A stretch of DNA of 64,000 nucleotides from Bacteroidales bacterium (lineage in GTDB: Bacteria; Bacteroidota; Bacteroidia; Bacteroidales; F082), in NCBI GenBank assembly GCA_024400295.1, contig JAKSNA010000002.1, positions 31,707 to 95,706 of the forward strand. The letters are read 5' to 3'. The position numbers and the translations under genes were made by a program. Within the stretch, counting starts at the first letter, position 1. The number at the start of each line of letters is the position of its first letter. A model generated the notes under the pieces. The model was not told the origin of the DNA. It ran no database searches and worked only from the letters and a program-made list of their open reading frames with translations. Positions 40,851-47,996 of this stretch are shown piece by piece.

Positions 40851-41294
40851 ATGATGGTAATTAAGGAGATCGCCGTTTATACTAACATCTTGAACAGCAG
40901 GATAAAAAAGTATTTCGCCGATGTTTTGAACAAAAACAATATCAATCTGACACCGGAGCAGTTCTTGGTGATGGATTGGCTTTGGAAGGAGCAGTCGATT
41001 TCACAGCAGCGGATAGCCGAACTCATTCAGAAGGACAAAAATTCTGTCACTAAATTCATTGATTCTCTTGAGAAAAAGAATCTGGTTTTCCGCACCGTTG
41101 ACAAGGTTGACCGCAGAATCAACAAGATCGAGCTTACCAAGGAAGGTGCTGATTTGGCGTCGCCCGCGACGATTGTGGCGATAGGCTTCATGAATGATGT
41201 GGTGAAAGGCATTGACGAGAAAGACTTGAAAACTTTCGTGCGGGTGCTGCTTCAGATGCGCGAGAACATGGAAGGCGGCGGGAAACAGGATTGA
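40851..41294 (+). CDS. MarR-family transcriptional regulator
   Basis: Winged HTH: ISQQRIAELIQKDKNSVTKFIDSLEKKNLVFRTVDKVDRRINKIELT. Track start is a TTG inside the -7 box; ATG at 40851. Confidence 0.85.
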   Translation: MMVIKEIAVYTNILNSRIKKYFADVLNKNNINLTPEQFLVMDWLWKEQSISQQRIAELIQKDKNSVTKFIDSLEKKNLVFRTVDKVDRRINKIELTKEGADLASPATIVAIGFMNDVVKGIDEKDLKTFVRVLLQMRENMEGGGKQD

Positions 41295-41327
41295 GCCGCG
41301 ACATCCGGCGGCCTGTCCCGAGAAATG

Positions 41328-41357
41328 AAAAAAAGCTCACCGGAAGTGAGCTTTTTT
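41328..41357. terminator. Bidirectional intrinsic terminator between marR-like gene and ferredoxin
   Basis: A7-GCTCAC-CGGAA-GTGAGC-T6. Confidence 0.75.
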
Positions 41358-41381
41358 CTGTTTAAAATGCACTGATTTTGA

Positions 41382-41549
41382 TTAGTCTTCTACGATAGCG
41401 TCGTTAGGGCATGCGCCGGCGCATGTGCCGCATGAAACACATGTGTCAGGGTCAATTGAATAGATGCTACCTTCTGAGATTGCTCCAACCGGGCACTCGT
41501 CGATGCAAGTACCGCAAGCAACGCATTTGTCTGTGATTTTGTAAGCCAT
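41382..41549 (-). CDS. 2x[4Fe-4S] ferredoxin (55 aa; below ORF-track length cutoff)
   Basis: Own translation: MAYKITDKCVACGTCIDECPVGAISEGSIYSIDPDTCVSCGTCAGACPNDAIVED*, with two CxxCxxCxxxCP clusters; -7 box 32 nt upstream. Confidence 0.9.
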   Translation of the reverse strand: MAYKITDKCVACGTCIDECPVGAISEGSIYSIDPDTCVSCGTCAGACPNDAIVED

Positions 41550-41580
41550 AGTAATTTGTTTAAATGTTAAAAATTTTGTG

Positions 41581-41596
41581 CAAAGATATATCTTTG
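41581..41596. promoter_or_regulatory. Back-to-back divergent -7 boxes forming a 16-bp perfect palindrome
   Basis: CAAAGATATATCTTTG. The minus-strand TATCTTTG is 32 nt upstream of the ferredoxin ATG; the plus-strand TATCTTTG points into the antisense of DUF2442/DUF4160. Confidence 0.5.
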
Positions 41597-41690
41597 GATG
41601 ACACGGAAAACAGTTTTTGTTAATTTAGAATAAATCTAAATATAAAAATATGTAAATAATTGAATGATAATGTTTTATAGTATAAGATAT

Positions 41691-41924
41691 TTAAACGCCA
41701 TGTTCGAAAACATATTCTGGTGCAATGTCTATCGAACCATGTTCCCATTCTAAAGTGTCAGTCACATTGAAATTCTTGAAGGATTCGATGTTTTGAAGTG
41801 GTTTGAAAACAGGATATTTTCTAACCACATCTGAAAAGTCCATTTCCTTAATTGTCCCATCGTTGAAAACAACTTTCACACGATAACCGTCAAGATATTC
41901 CGCTTTGGTGATTTCGAGAAACAT
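41691..41924 (-). CDS. DUF2442-domain protein
   Basis: Small beta-rich protein ...YRVKVVFNDGTIKEMDF...TLEWEHGSIDIAPEYVF, immediately downstream (6-nt gap) of a DUF4160-type gene, the usual pairing. Confidence 0.7.
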   Translation of the reverse strand: MFLEITKAEYLDGYRVKVVFNDGTIKEMDFSDVVRKYPVFKPLQNIESFKNFNVTDTLEWEHGSIDIAPEYVFEHGV

Positions 41925-41930
41925 AATCTG

Positions 41931-42188
41931 TTATTTTAAAGGTTCAATAGTTCCAGGGTCGTCGCCATTTGCTGCTTTATTCCACGCCTGCTTGATTTCG
42001 TCACGATGGATGCCAAGCCATTCGAGAATCAATCGCAACGCCCTTTCAGACATTTCCCCCTTAACCTTGCCATTCTCAATTTCGATTGTCACCTTATCAT
42101 TCTAATATTCAGCATGAGAGTGTGGCTGGTTGTGATCCAAGAAACGGATATAAATAATTATTCCGAAAAATTCAGATAGTCGTGGCAT
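41931..42188 (-). pseudogene. DUF4160-family gene interrupted by an in-frame TAG at codon 29
   Basis: Own translation: MPRLSEFFGIIIYIRFLDHNQPHSHAEY*NDKVTIEIENGKVKGEMSERALRLILEWLGIHRDEIKQAWNKAANGDDPGTIEPLK*; the TAG (42102-42104) sits where family members normally continue (HAxY-Q/G...). Confidence 0.7.
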
Positions 42189-42212
42189 ATCGACGATTAT
42201 TTATTTAACGTG

Positions 42213-42220
42213 CAAAAATA
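42213..42220 (-). promoter_or_regulatory. -7 promoter box, DUF4160/DUF2442 pair
   Basis: TATTTTTG on minus strand, ATG 25 nt downstream. Confidence 0.55.
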
Positions 42221-42283
42221 CTGCAAACTTTTCAAATAAGCATTTGTTCTTGAAATATTTTTTCACCGAAATGAAAAATAGAC

Positions 42284-42291
42284 TATCTTTG
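42284..42291 (+). promoter_or_regulatory. -7 promoter box, DUF1016 gene (139-nt leader containing repeat copy 1)
   Basis: TATCTTTG. Confidence 0.45.
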
Positions 42292-42360
42292 CCGGATTAA
42301 AGAAACGGACGTCCGGAACATTAGAAATCAGTATCATTTTCACAAGCACAGACAAGCAAC

Positions 42361-42413
42361 AGAAATAGAAAATTTTAAATAACATGTTATAAACTAACGC
42401 ATTAGATATCATT
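42361..42413 (+). repeat. 53-bp direct repeat, copy 1 (upstream of DUF1016 gene)
   Basis: AGAAATAGAAAATTTTAAATAACATGTTATAAACTAACGCATTAGATATCATT; contains the perfect palindrome ATAACATGTTAT. Confidence 0.9.
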
Positions 42414-42429
42414 CACATTCAAAACAATA

Positions 42430-43251
42430 ATGAGTAAGACAATTGAAGAATATACCAACGAAGAATACGAGACTTGGCGCGAGTCAATCGTAGCAACCAT
42501 CAATACTGCAAAAATGAACGCGGCATTGAAGGTTAATGCTTTGTTGCTGCAATTGTATTTTGAAATTGGATGTGCTATTTTGGAAAAACAGGATTCTTTG
42601 GGCTGGGGTGCGCAAGTGATAACCAGACTTTCGAGCGATCTGCAGAAATGTTATTCAACGGAAAGAGGATTTTCCGAAAGAAATCTTCGTGAAATGAAAC
42701 GTTTTGCCCAGGCCTATCCGCAATTTCCAATTTGGCAAGTCCCGCTTGCCGAATTACGAAGCGGTGACATCTGGCAAGTCGAACTTGCCAAATTGGAAGG
42801 ACAAGAATATCTGGAAATTGATTTATCCAATGCGACACTGATTGAAAATGTCACACATTTCTTGCTTGAAATGGGAACAGGATTCGCCTACATCGGACAT
42901 CAATACCACATAGAAGTGGATGGCAAAGATTACTATATTGACATTTTGATGTACAATCTGAAATTACACTGCTACGTTGTCATAGAATTGAAAGCCGTTG
43001 AGTTTGAACCAGAGTTCGTAAGCAAGCTCAATTTCTATGTGTCAGCAATTGACGACACCCTTAAGACGGAACACGAAAACCCGACAATAGGGTTGTTGCT
43101 GTGTTCATCAAAATCAAGAAAGACTGTTGAATACTCCCTGCGCGGCAACAATGTGCCATTAGGGGTGGCAAGTTATGAAACATACAGACAAGTCCCCGCC
43201 GGACTTGAAAACATATTACCCAACGAAGAACAATTAAAAAACTTATTATAA
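42430..43251 (+). CDS. DUF1016/YhcG-type PD-(D/E)XK nuclease-domain protein (short form)
   Basis: N-terminal LLQLYFEIGCAILEKQ..GWGAQVITRLSSDL..GFSERNLREMKRF; C-terminal GFAYIGHQYHIEVDGKDYYIDILMYNLKLHCYVVIELK...PTIGLLLC nuclease core. Confidence 0.8.
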   Translation: MSKTIEEYTNEEYETWRESIVATINTAKMNAALKVNALLLQLYFEIGCAILEKQDSLGWGAQVITRLSSDLQKCYSTERGFSERNLREMKRFAQAYPQFPIWQVPLAELRSGDIWQVELAKLEGQEYLEIDLSNATLIENVTHFLLEMGTGFAYIGHQYHIEVDGKDYYIDILMYNLKLHCYVVIELKAVEFEPEFVSKLNFYVSAIDDTLKTEHENPTIGLLLCSSKSRKTVEYSLRGNNVPLGVASYETYRQVPAGLENILPNEEQLKNLL

Positions 43252-43254
43252 CAA

Positions 43255-43307
43255 AGAAAAAGAAAATTTTAAATAACATATTATAAATTAACGCATTAGC
43301 TATTATT
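43255..43307 (+). repeat. 53-bp direct repeat, copy 2 (downstream of DUF1016 gene)
   Basis: AGAAAAAGAAAATTTTAAATAACATATTATAAATTAACGCATTAGCTATTATT; 5 mismatches to copy 1. Confidence 0.9.
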
Positions 43308-43321
43308 TCGCGTTTGCCGAA

Positions 43322-43508
43322 AACCCTGCAAGATTAACGGAGATAAAACACAGAAATAATACGTGAAGGATTGCCATGCAAGCAACCTTTGAAGAAGAAG
43401 TATAAGCTATGCTCATGCCTTAGGTGTGAGTACTTATTTTCTTCGAAAGGTCTCCTTGCAGGGTTGCCTTGGTAAGCGCAATAAGGAAAGCACCTTTCTT
43501 TTTGCGCT
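43322..43508 (+). ncRNA. Candidate structured RNA / structured 5' leader upstream of the methyltransferase gene (unclassified)
   Basis: 11-bp long-range helix AACCCTGCAAG (43322-32) / CTTGCAGGGTT (43455-65) enclosing two hairpins (43366-43389; 43394-43444), then a 15-bp hairpin at 43475-43508; stops in all frames. Confidence 0.3.
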
Positions 43509-43547
43509 GACGTGATTGATAGCATTGCAAAAAACTATCAATCAATT

Positions 43548-44705
43548 ATGGCCGGAAATAAAGACTTACATGCTGCCAATAAAGCCAAGAAAGATGAGTT
43601 CTACACACAACTTTCAGACATTGAATTGGAATTAAAACATTACAAAGAGCATTTTAAAGACAAAGTGGTGTTGTGCAATTGCGATGATCCTTACGAAAGC
43701 AATTTCTTTAAATATTTTTCTATGAATTTCAATCAGTTAGGTTTAAAAAAGTTGATTGCAACTTGTTATGACGGTTCACCGATTGCCGATAGTCAACTTT
43801 CGCTTTTTGAAGTTGCCGAAATCGACAAAGAGCAAGCCGCAGAAAAGAAAGCTTATAAAATTGAAATTACAGAAGTGAAGGATGAAAATGGGGATGGCGC
43901 CATTGACCTTTCTGATGTAGAAACTTTGATAAAAAACAACAAGAATGTGCTTTCTCTATTAAAAGGAAATGGGGATTTCCGTTCTGAAGAGTGCATTGAA
44001 CTATTGAAACAAGCCGATATTGTTGTCACTAATCCTCCCTTTTCCTTGTTTAGAGAATATGTTGCACAATTGGATCAATATAATAAAGATTTTATTATTA
44101 TGGGCAATACTAACACATTGGTTTGTAAGGAAGTATTTAAAATGTTTAAATCGGATAGAATTAGAACAGGTTTTACTCATTTTAATACAGGTATGTTTTT
44201 TTATGTGCCAGACACCTATGAAAAATATCATCACATTGAAAATGGCAAAAAAATAGCAAGGGTATCTACTTCGTGTTGGTATACGAGTTTGCCTGTAAAA
44301 AAACACACAGAAAATTTGATATTGTATAAATCATACTCTTCGGAAGAATTTCCTAAATATGACAACTATAATGCAATTAATGTTGATAGATATACTGATA
44401 TTCCCAATGATTATAATGGAATCATGGGCGTTCCAATTACTTTTTTAGACAAATATAATCCAAGACAATTTGAAATAATTTGGCAGGCATCAGGAAACAC
44501 ACGAGCAAGTACTCCGAAAGAAATATTAAAATTAGTCGAATACACCCCTCACCTTGAAGATCGAGGTGGTTGCGCTATTCTTGGTGGACAAAGAATGTAT
44601 AGTCGCATTTTCATCCGCCGTCGCCTGTCCACCCAGTATTTGCAGCAGGAAGAGACATTACCATTGGCCGCGGAGGGAGAAATAAAATATAACGAGAAGC
44701 AATGA
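43548..44705 (+). CDS. N6-adenine DNA methyltransferase, EcoRI-methylase-like family
   Basis: KDEFYTQLSDIE...VVLCNCDDP...FFKYF N-terminal pattern and catalytic IVVTNPPFSLF (NPPF). Track start 43512 is GTG; first ATG 43548. Markedly AT-rich. Confidence 0.8.
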   Translation: MAGNKDLHAANKAKKDEFYTQLSDIELELKHYKEHFKDKVVLCNCDDPYESNFFKYFSMNFNQLGLKKLIATCYDGSPIADSQLSLFEVAEIDKEQAAEKKAYKIEITEVKDENGDGAIDLSDVETLIKNNKNVLSLLKGNGDFRSEECIELLKQADIVVTNPPFSLFREYVAQLDQYNKDFIIMGNTNTLVCKEVFKMFKSDRIRTGFTHFNTGMFFYVPDTYEKYHHIENGKKIARVSTSCWYTSLPVKKHTENLILYKSYSSEEFPKYDNYNAINVDRYTDIPNDYNGIMGVPITFLDKYNPRQFEIIWQASGNTRASTPKEILKLVEYTPHLEDRGGCAILGGQRMYSRIFIRRRLSTQYLQQEETLPLAAEGEIKYNEKQ

Positions 44706-44838
44706 TAATATATAAACATCACGGCGAAGCCGTACCTTGAGCAGTCCCGGAGGGACAAAACCTCGGTAACCCCTGGTAAGCCCGGAATGAAATGGAGGGC
44801 GCAACCTGGGGGAACACAAGAACAAATACCAACGAATC

Positions 44839-45930
44839 ATGGAAATAAAACTCACACAAATCAAAGTCCGCGACCTCACGCGGGGTTACGAGGACAATGC
44901 CGAAAACGGCGTTCGCGCCTTCGGCGGCAGACTCGACGTGCGCCCGCCTTATCAGCGCGAGTTTGTCTATAAGGAAAAGCAGCGCGACGCCGTCATCGAC
45001 ACGCTCACCCACGGCTTCCCGCTCAACGTGATGTACTGGGCCGTGCGCGACGACGGCACCTACGAAATCATCGACGGGCAGCAGCGCACAATCAGCATCT
45101 GCCAGTACGTGAACGGCGACTTCGCCTATATGTTCCGCTATTTCCACAACCTGAAAGAAGACGAGCAGAAGCAGATTTTGGACTACGAACTCAACGTCTA
45201 TATCTGCAGCGGCACCGACAGCGAGAAACTCAAATGGTTCAAGACCATCAACATAGCGGGCGAAGAACTCACCGAACAGGAGCTGCGCAACGCCGTATAT
45301 GCAGGCTCGTGGGTGAGCGATGCGAAACGCTACTTCAGCAAACCCGGCTGCGTAGCCACCAAAATCGCCTCCGACTACCTCACCGGATCCGCCATCCGAC
45401 AGGATTATTTGGAAACTGCCATCTCGTGGATTTCCGACGGCAACATCGAAGTCTATATGTCCAATCACCAGCACGACGCCAACGCCGCTCCCTTGTGGCA
45501 GTTCTTCCAGTCGGTCGTCACGTGGGTAGAAAGCTCGTTTCAGCCCAACAAGGAACGCAAGAAAATCATGAAGGGCGTTGACTGGGGCGCACTTTACAAA
45601 GAGTTCAAAGACAGCGTCATCGACACAAAAGCCGTGGACGAAGAATTCAAGAAGTTGATTCTGGACGACGACGTGACGAAGAAGACGGGCATTTATCCTT
45701 TCATCTTGACGCGCAAAGAGAAATTCCTTTCCATCCGCGCCTTCAGCGACGCGCAGAAGTTGGCGGCATACGAAAACCAGTTGGGAATCTGCCCGCATTG
45801 CCACGAGCATTTCGACTTGAGCCAGATGGAGGCCGACCACATCACGCCGTGGCACGAAGGCGGCCGCACCGTCGCCGAAAACTGCCAGATGCTCTGCCGC
45901 GAGTGCAACCGCAGGAAGTCTGGAAAGTGA
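44839..45930 (+). CDS. DUF262 (ParB-like nuclease fold) protein with C-terminal HNH nuclease; GmrSD-like
   Basis: RPPYQREFVY, IIDGQQRTISI (DGQQR motif), C-terminal CPHCHEHF...ADHITPWHEGG...NCQMLCRECNRRK HNH finger. Markedly GC-rich. Confidence 0.8.
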   Translation: MEIKLTQIKVRDLTRGYEDNAENGVRAFGGRLDVRPPYQREFVYKEKQRDAVIDTLTHGFPLNVMYWAVRDDGTYEIIDGQQRTISICQYVNGDFAYMFRYFHNLKEDEQKQILDYELNVYICSGTDSEKLKWFKTINIAGEELTEQELRNAVYAGSWVSDAKRYFSKPGCVATKIASDYLTGSAIRQDYLETAISWISDGNIEVYMSNHQHDANAAPLWQFFQSVVTWVESSFQPNKERKKIMKGVDWGALYKEFKDSVIDTKAVDEEFKKLILDDDVTKKTGIYPFILTRKEKFLSIRAFSDAQKLAAYENQLGICPHCHEHFDLSQMEADHITPWHEGGRTVAENCQMLCRECNRRKSGK

Positions 45931-46066
45931 TTGTGAGAAATCAGCGATTCGTGAAATTAGTGGTGAAGTAAATTCGTCCGATTCGTGAAATTCGTGTTGG
46001 TTCGTGGTGAAAAAATCTTCGAAAAATAAATTTGAGTCAAACACCTATTTATATTGAAAATAACAT

Positions 46067-46074
46067 TACCTTTG
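46067..46074 (+). promoter_or_regulatory. -7 promoter box, korAB
   Basis: TACCTTTG, ATG 81 nt downstream. Confidence 0.5.
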
Positions 46075-46154
46075 CACGGAATTTCATGGGCGACCATGTT
46101 CGTTGGAAAAATCACATAACAAATTATAAAAGAACAAATTAAATTCAATTTCTT

Positions 46155-47996
46155 ATGGCTAACAGAACAAAAGTTGTAGAACTTGAACACGTTGTCATCC
46201 GTTTTGCGGGTGACTCTGGCGACGGTATGCAGCTGACCGGAAACATGTTTTCCGATTCGACAGCTCTGGCAGGCAATGACTTCGCCACCTTCCCGGACTA
46301 TCCGGGCGAAATCCGTCCACCACAAGGCACCGTGTCGGGCGTATCTGGGTTCCAGGTGCATTTCGGACACAAACCGGTCCACACGACAGGCGACCTCTGC
46401 GATGTGCTCGTCGCAATGAACCCCGCTTCAATCAAGGCCAACATGCGCTGGCTCAAACCCGGCACGACAATCATCTTCGACATCGACTCGTTGAATGACA
46501 AGGCCTTGGAGAAAGCTGGCTACACTTCAGATCCTACACAGGACGACTCACTCAGCCAGTACAAACTCGTCAAGGCCCCTATCACCTCACTGACACTCGA
46601 GGCTTTGAAAGACTTCGGCTGGGACCGCAAGGCCATGCTCAAATCGAAGAACATGTTCGCACTCGGCATCGTGATGTACCTCTTCAACCGCGACATCACC
46701 GTGCTCAACGCGTACTTCAACAATAAATTCAAGAACAAACCGGATGTCATCAAGGCTAATCAGGAAGTCGTGGCGGCTGGTTACAGCTACGCCGACGCGA
46801 TGGAGATCTTCGCCAACACATACCGCATCGAACCGGCTGACCTTCAGAAAGGCAAATACCGTGACATCACGGGTAACGTGGCGGCGGCGTGGGGCTTGAT
46901 GGCTGCTGCTGAGCGTTCGGGACGTCAGCTCTTCTGCGGCTCGTATCCTATCACTCCCGCAACCGACATCCTCGCCGAACTCACGAAGTACAAGAACCTG
47001 AAAGTCAAGGCTTATCAGGCTGAAGACGAAATCGCGGGCATCACGTCGTCACTCGGCGCCGCATTCGCCGGCTGCCTCGCAGTCACCACGACATCAGGCC
47101 CCGGCCTCTCGCTTAAGTCAGAAGCCCTCGGCCTCGCGGTCATGACAGAGCTCCCGCTTGTCCTCATCGACGTTCAGCGCGGCGGCCCTTCGACAGGCCT
47201 CCCGACAAAGGCCGAGCAGAGCGACCTCATGCAGGCACTCTACGGCCGTAACGGCGACGCACCTCTCATCGTCATCGCGGCACGCAGCTCGGCTGACTGT
47301 TTCTACACAGCATACGAAGCCTGCAAGCTCGCAATGGAACACATGACACCCGTCATCATGCTGTCAGACGGCTCACTCGGCAACGGCTCGGAGATATTCC
47401 GCATCCCGAGAGTGGCCGACCTCCCGGCAATCGTTCCTCCTATCGCGAAAGCAAACGACCCTGAATATCAGCCATACAGACGCAACGAGGAGACACTCGC
47501 ACGTCAGTGGGCGCTGCCTGGGACAGAAGGCCTCCGTCACCGCATCGGCGGCCTCGAGAAAGCCGACGGCCTCGGCAACCTCACCACGGAGCCTAAGAAC
47601 CACGAGCGCATGACCTACCTCCGCGAGGAGAAAGTGAACCGCGTGGCCAACTACATCGCCGAACAGGAAATCACAGGCGACCCGAACGCTGACCTCCTCG
47701 TCGTCAGCTGGGGCGGCACTTACGGCGTTGTCCTCTCGGTCGTCGAGAAGATGCTCGAAGAAGGCAAGTCGGTGGCTCACGCACACTTCCGCCACATCAT
47801 GCCACTGCCGAAGAACACACATGAAGTCCTTTCAGGACATAAGAAAATCATCGTCGTCGAGAACAACAGAGGCCAGTTCGCGAACTACCTCAGAGAGAAA
47901 CAGCCTGACTTCAGATACGAGCAGTACAACAAAGTCCAGGGTCTCCCATTCCTCACGGCGGAATTGGAAGATAAGTTTAATGACCTTTTAAAATAA
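46155..47996 (+). CDS. korA: 2-oxoglutarate/2-oxoacid:ferredoxin oxidoreductase subunit alpha
   Basis: VIRFAGDSGDGMQLTG, GSYPITPATDI, family-typical length 613 aa; TAATG junction with korB. Confidence 0.9.
   Translation: MANRTKVVELEHVVIRFAGDSGDGMQLTGNMFSDSTALAGNDFATFPDYPGEIRPPQGTVSGVSGFQVHFGHKPVHTTGDLCDVLVAMNPASIKANMRWLKPGTTIIFDIDSLNDKALEKAGYTSDPTQDDSLSQYKLVKAPITSLTLEALKDFGWDRKAMLKSKNMFALGIVMYLFNRDITVLNAYFNNKFKNKPDVIKANQEVVAAGYSYADAMEIFANTYRIEPADLQKGKYRDITGNVAAAWGLMAAAERSGRQLFCGSYPITPATDILAELTKYKNLKVKAYQAEDEIAGITSSLGAAFAGCLAVTTTSGPGLSLKSEALGLAVMTELPLVLIDVQRGGPSTGLPTKAEQSDLMQALYGRNGDAPLIVIAARSSADCFYTAYEACKLAMEHMTPVIMLSDGSLGNGSEIFRIPRVADLPAIVPPIAKANDPEYQPYRRNEETLARQWALPGTEGLRHRIGGLEKADGLGNLTTEPKNHERMTYLREEKVNRVANYIAEQEITGDPNADLLVVSWGGTYGVVLSVVEKMLEEGKSVAHAHFRHIMPLPKNTHEVLSGHKKIIVVENNRGQFANYLREKQPDFRYEQYNKVQGLPFLTAELEDKFNDLLK

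Noticed and set aside
43334-43525. 63-aa minus-strand ORF inside the structured element
   Set aside because: No promoter box, no recognisable motif or TM/signal features. It overlaps extensive base-paired structure and is more likely non-coding.
44719-46044. 441-aa ORF on the minus strand completely covering the DUF262-HNH gene
   Set aside because: Val/Ala/Phe/Asp/Gly-rich sequence with no recognisable motif. It is a typical 'shadow' ORF, stop-free by chance opposite a GC-rich, codon-biased gene. The + strand gene has clear DGQQR and HNH motifs.
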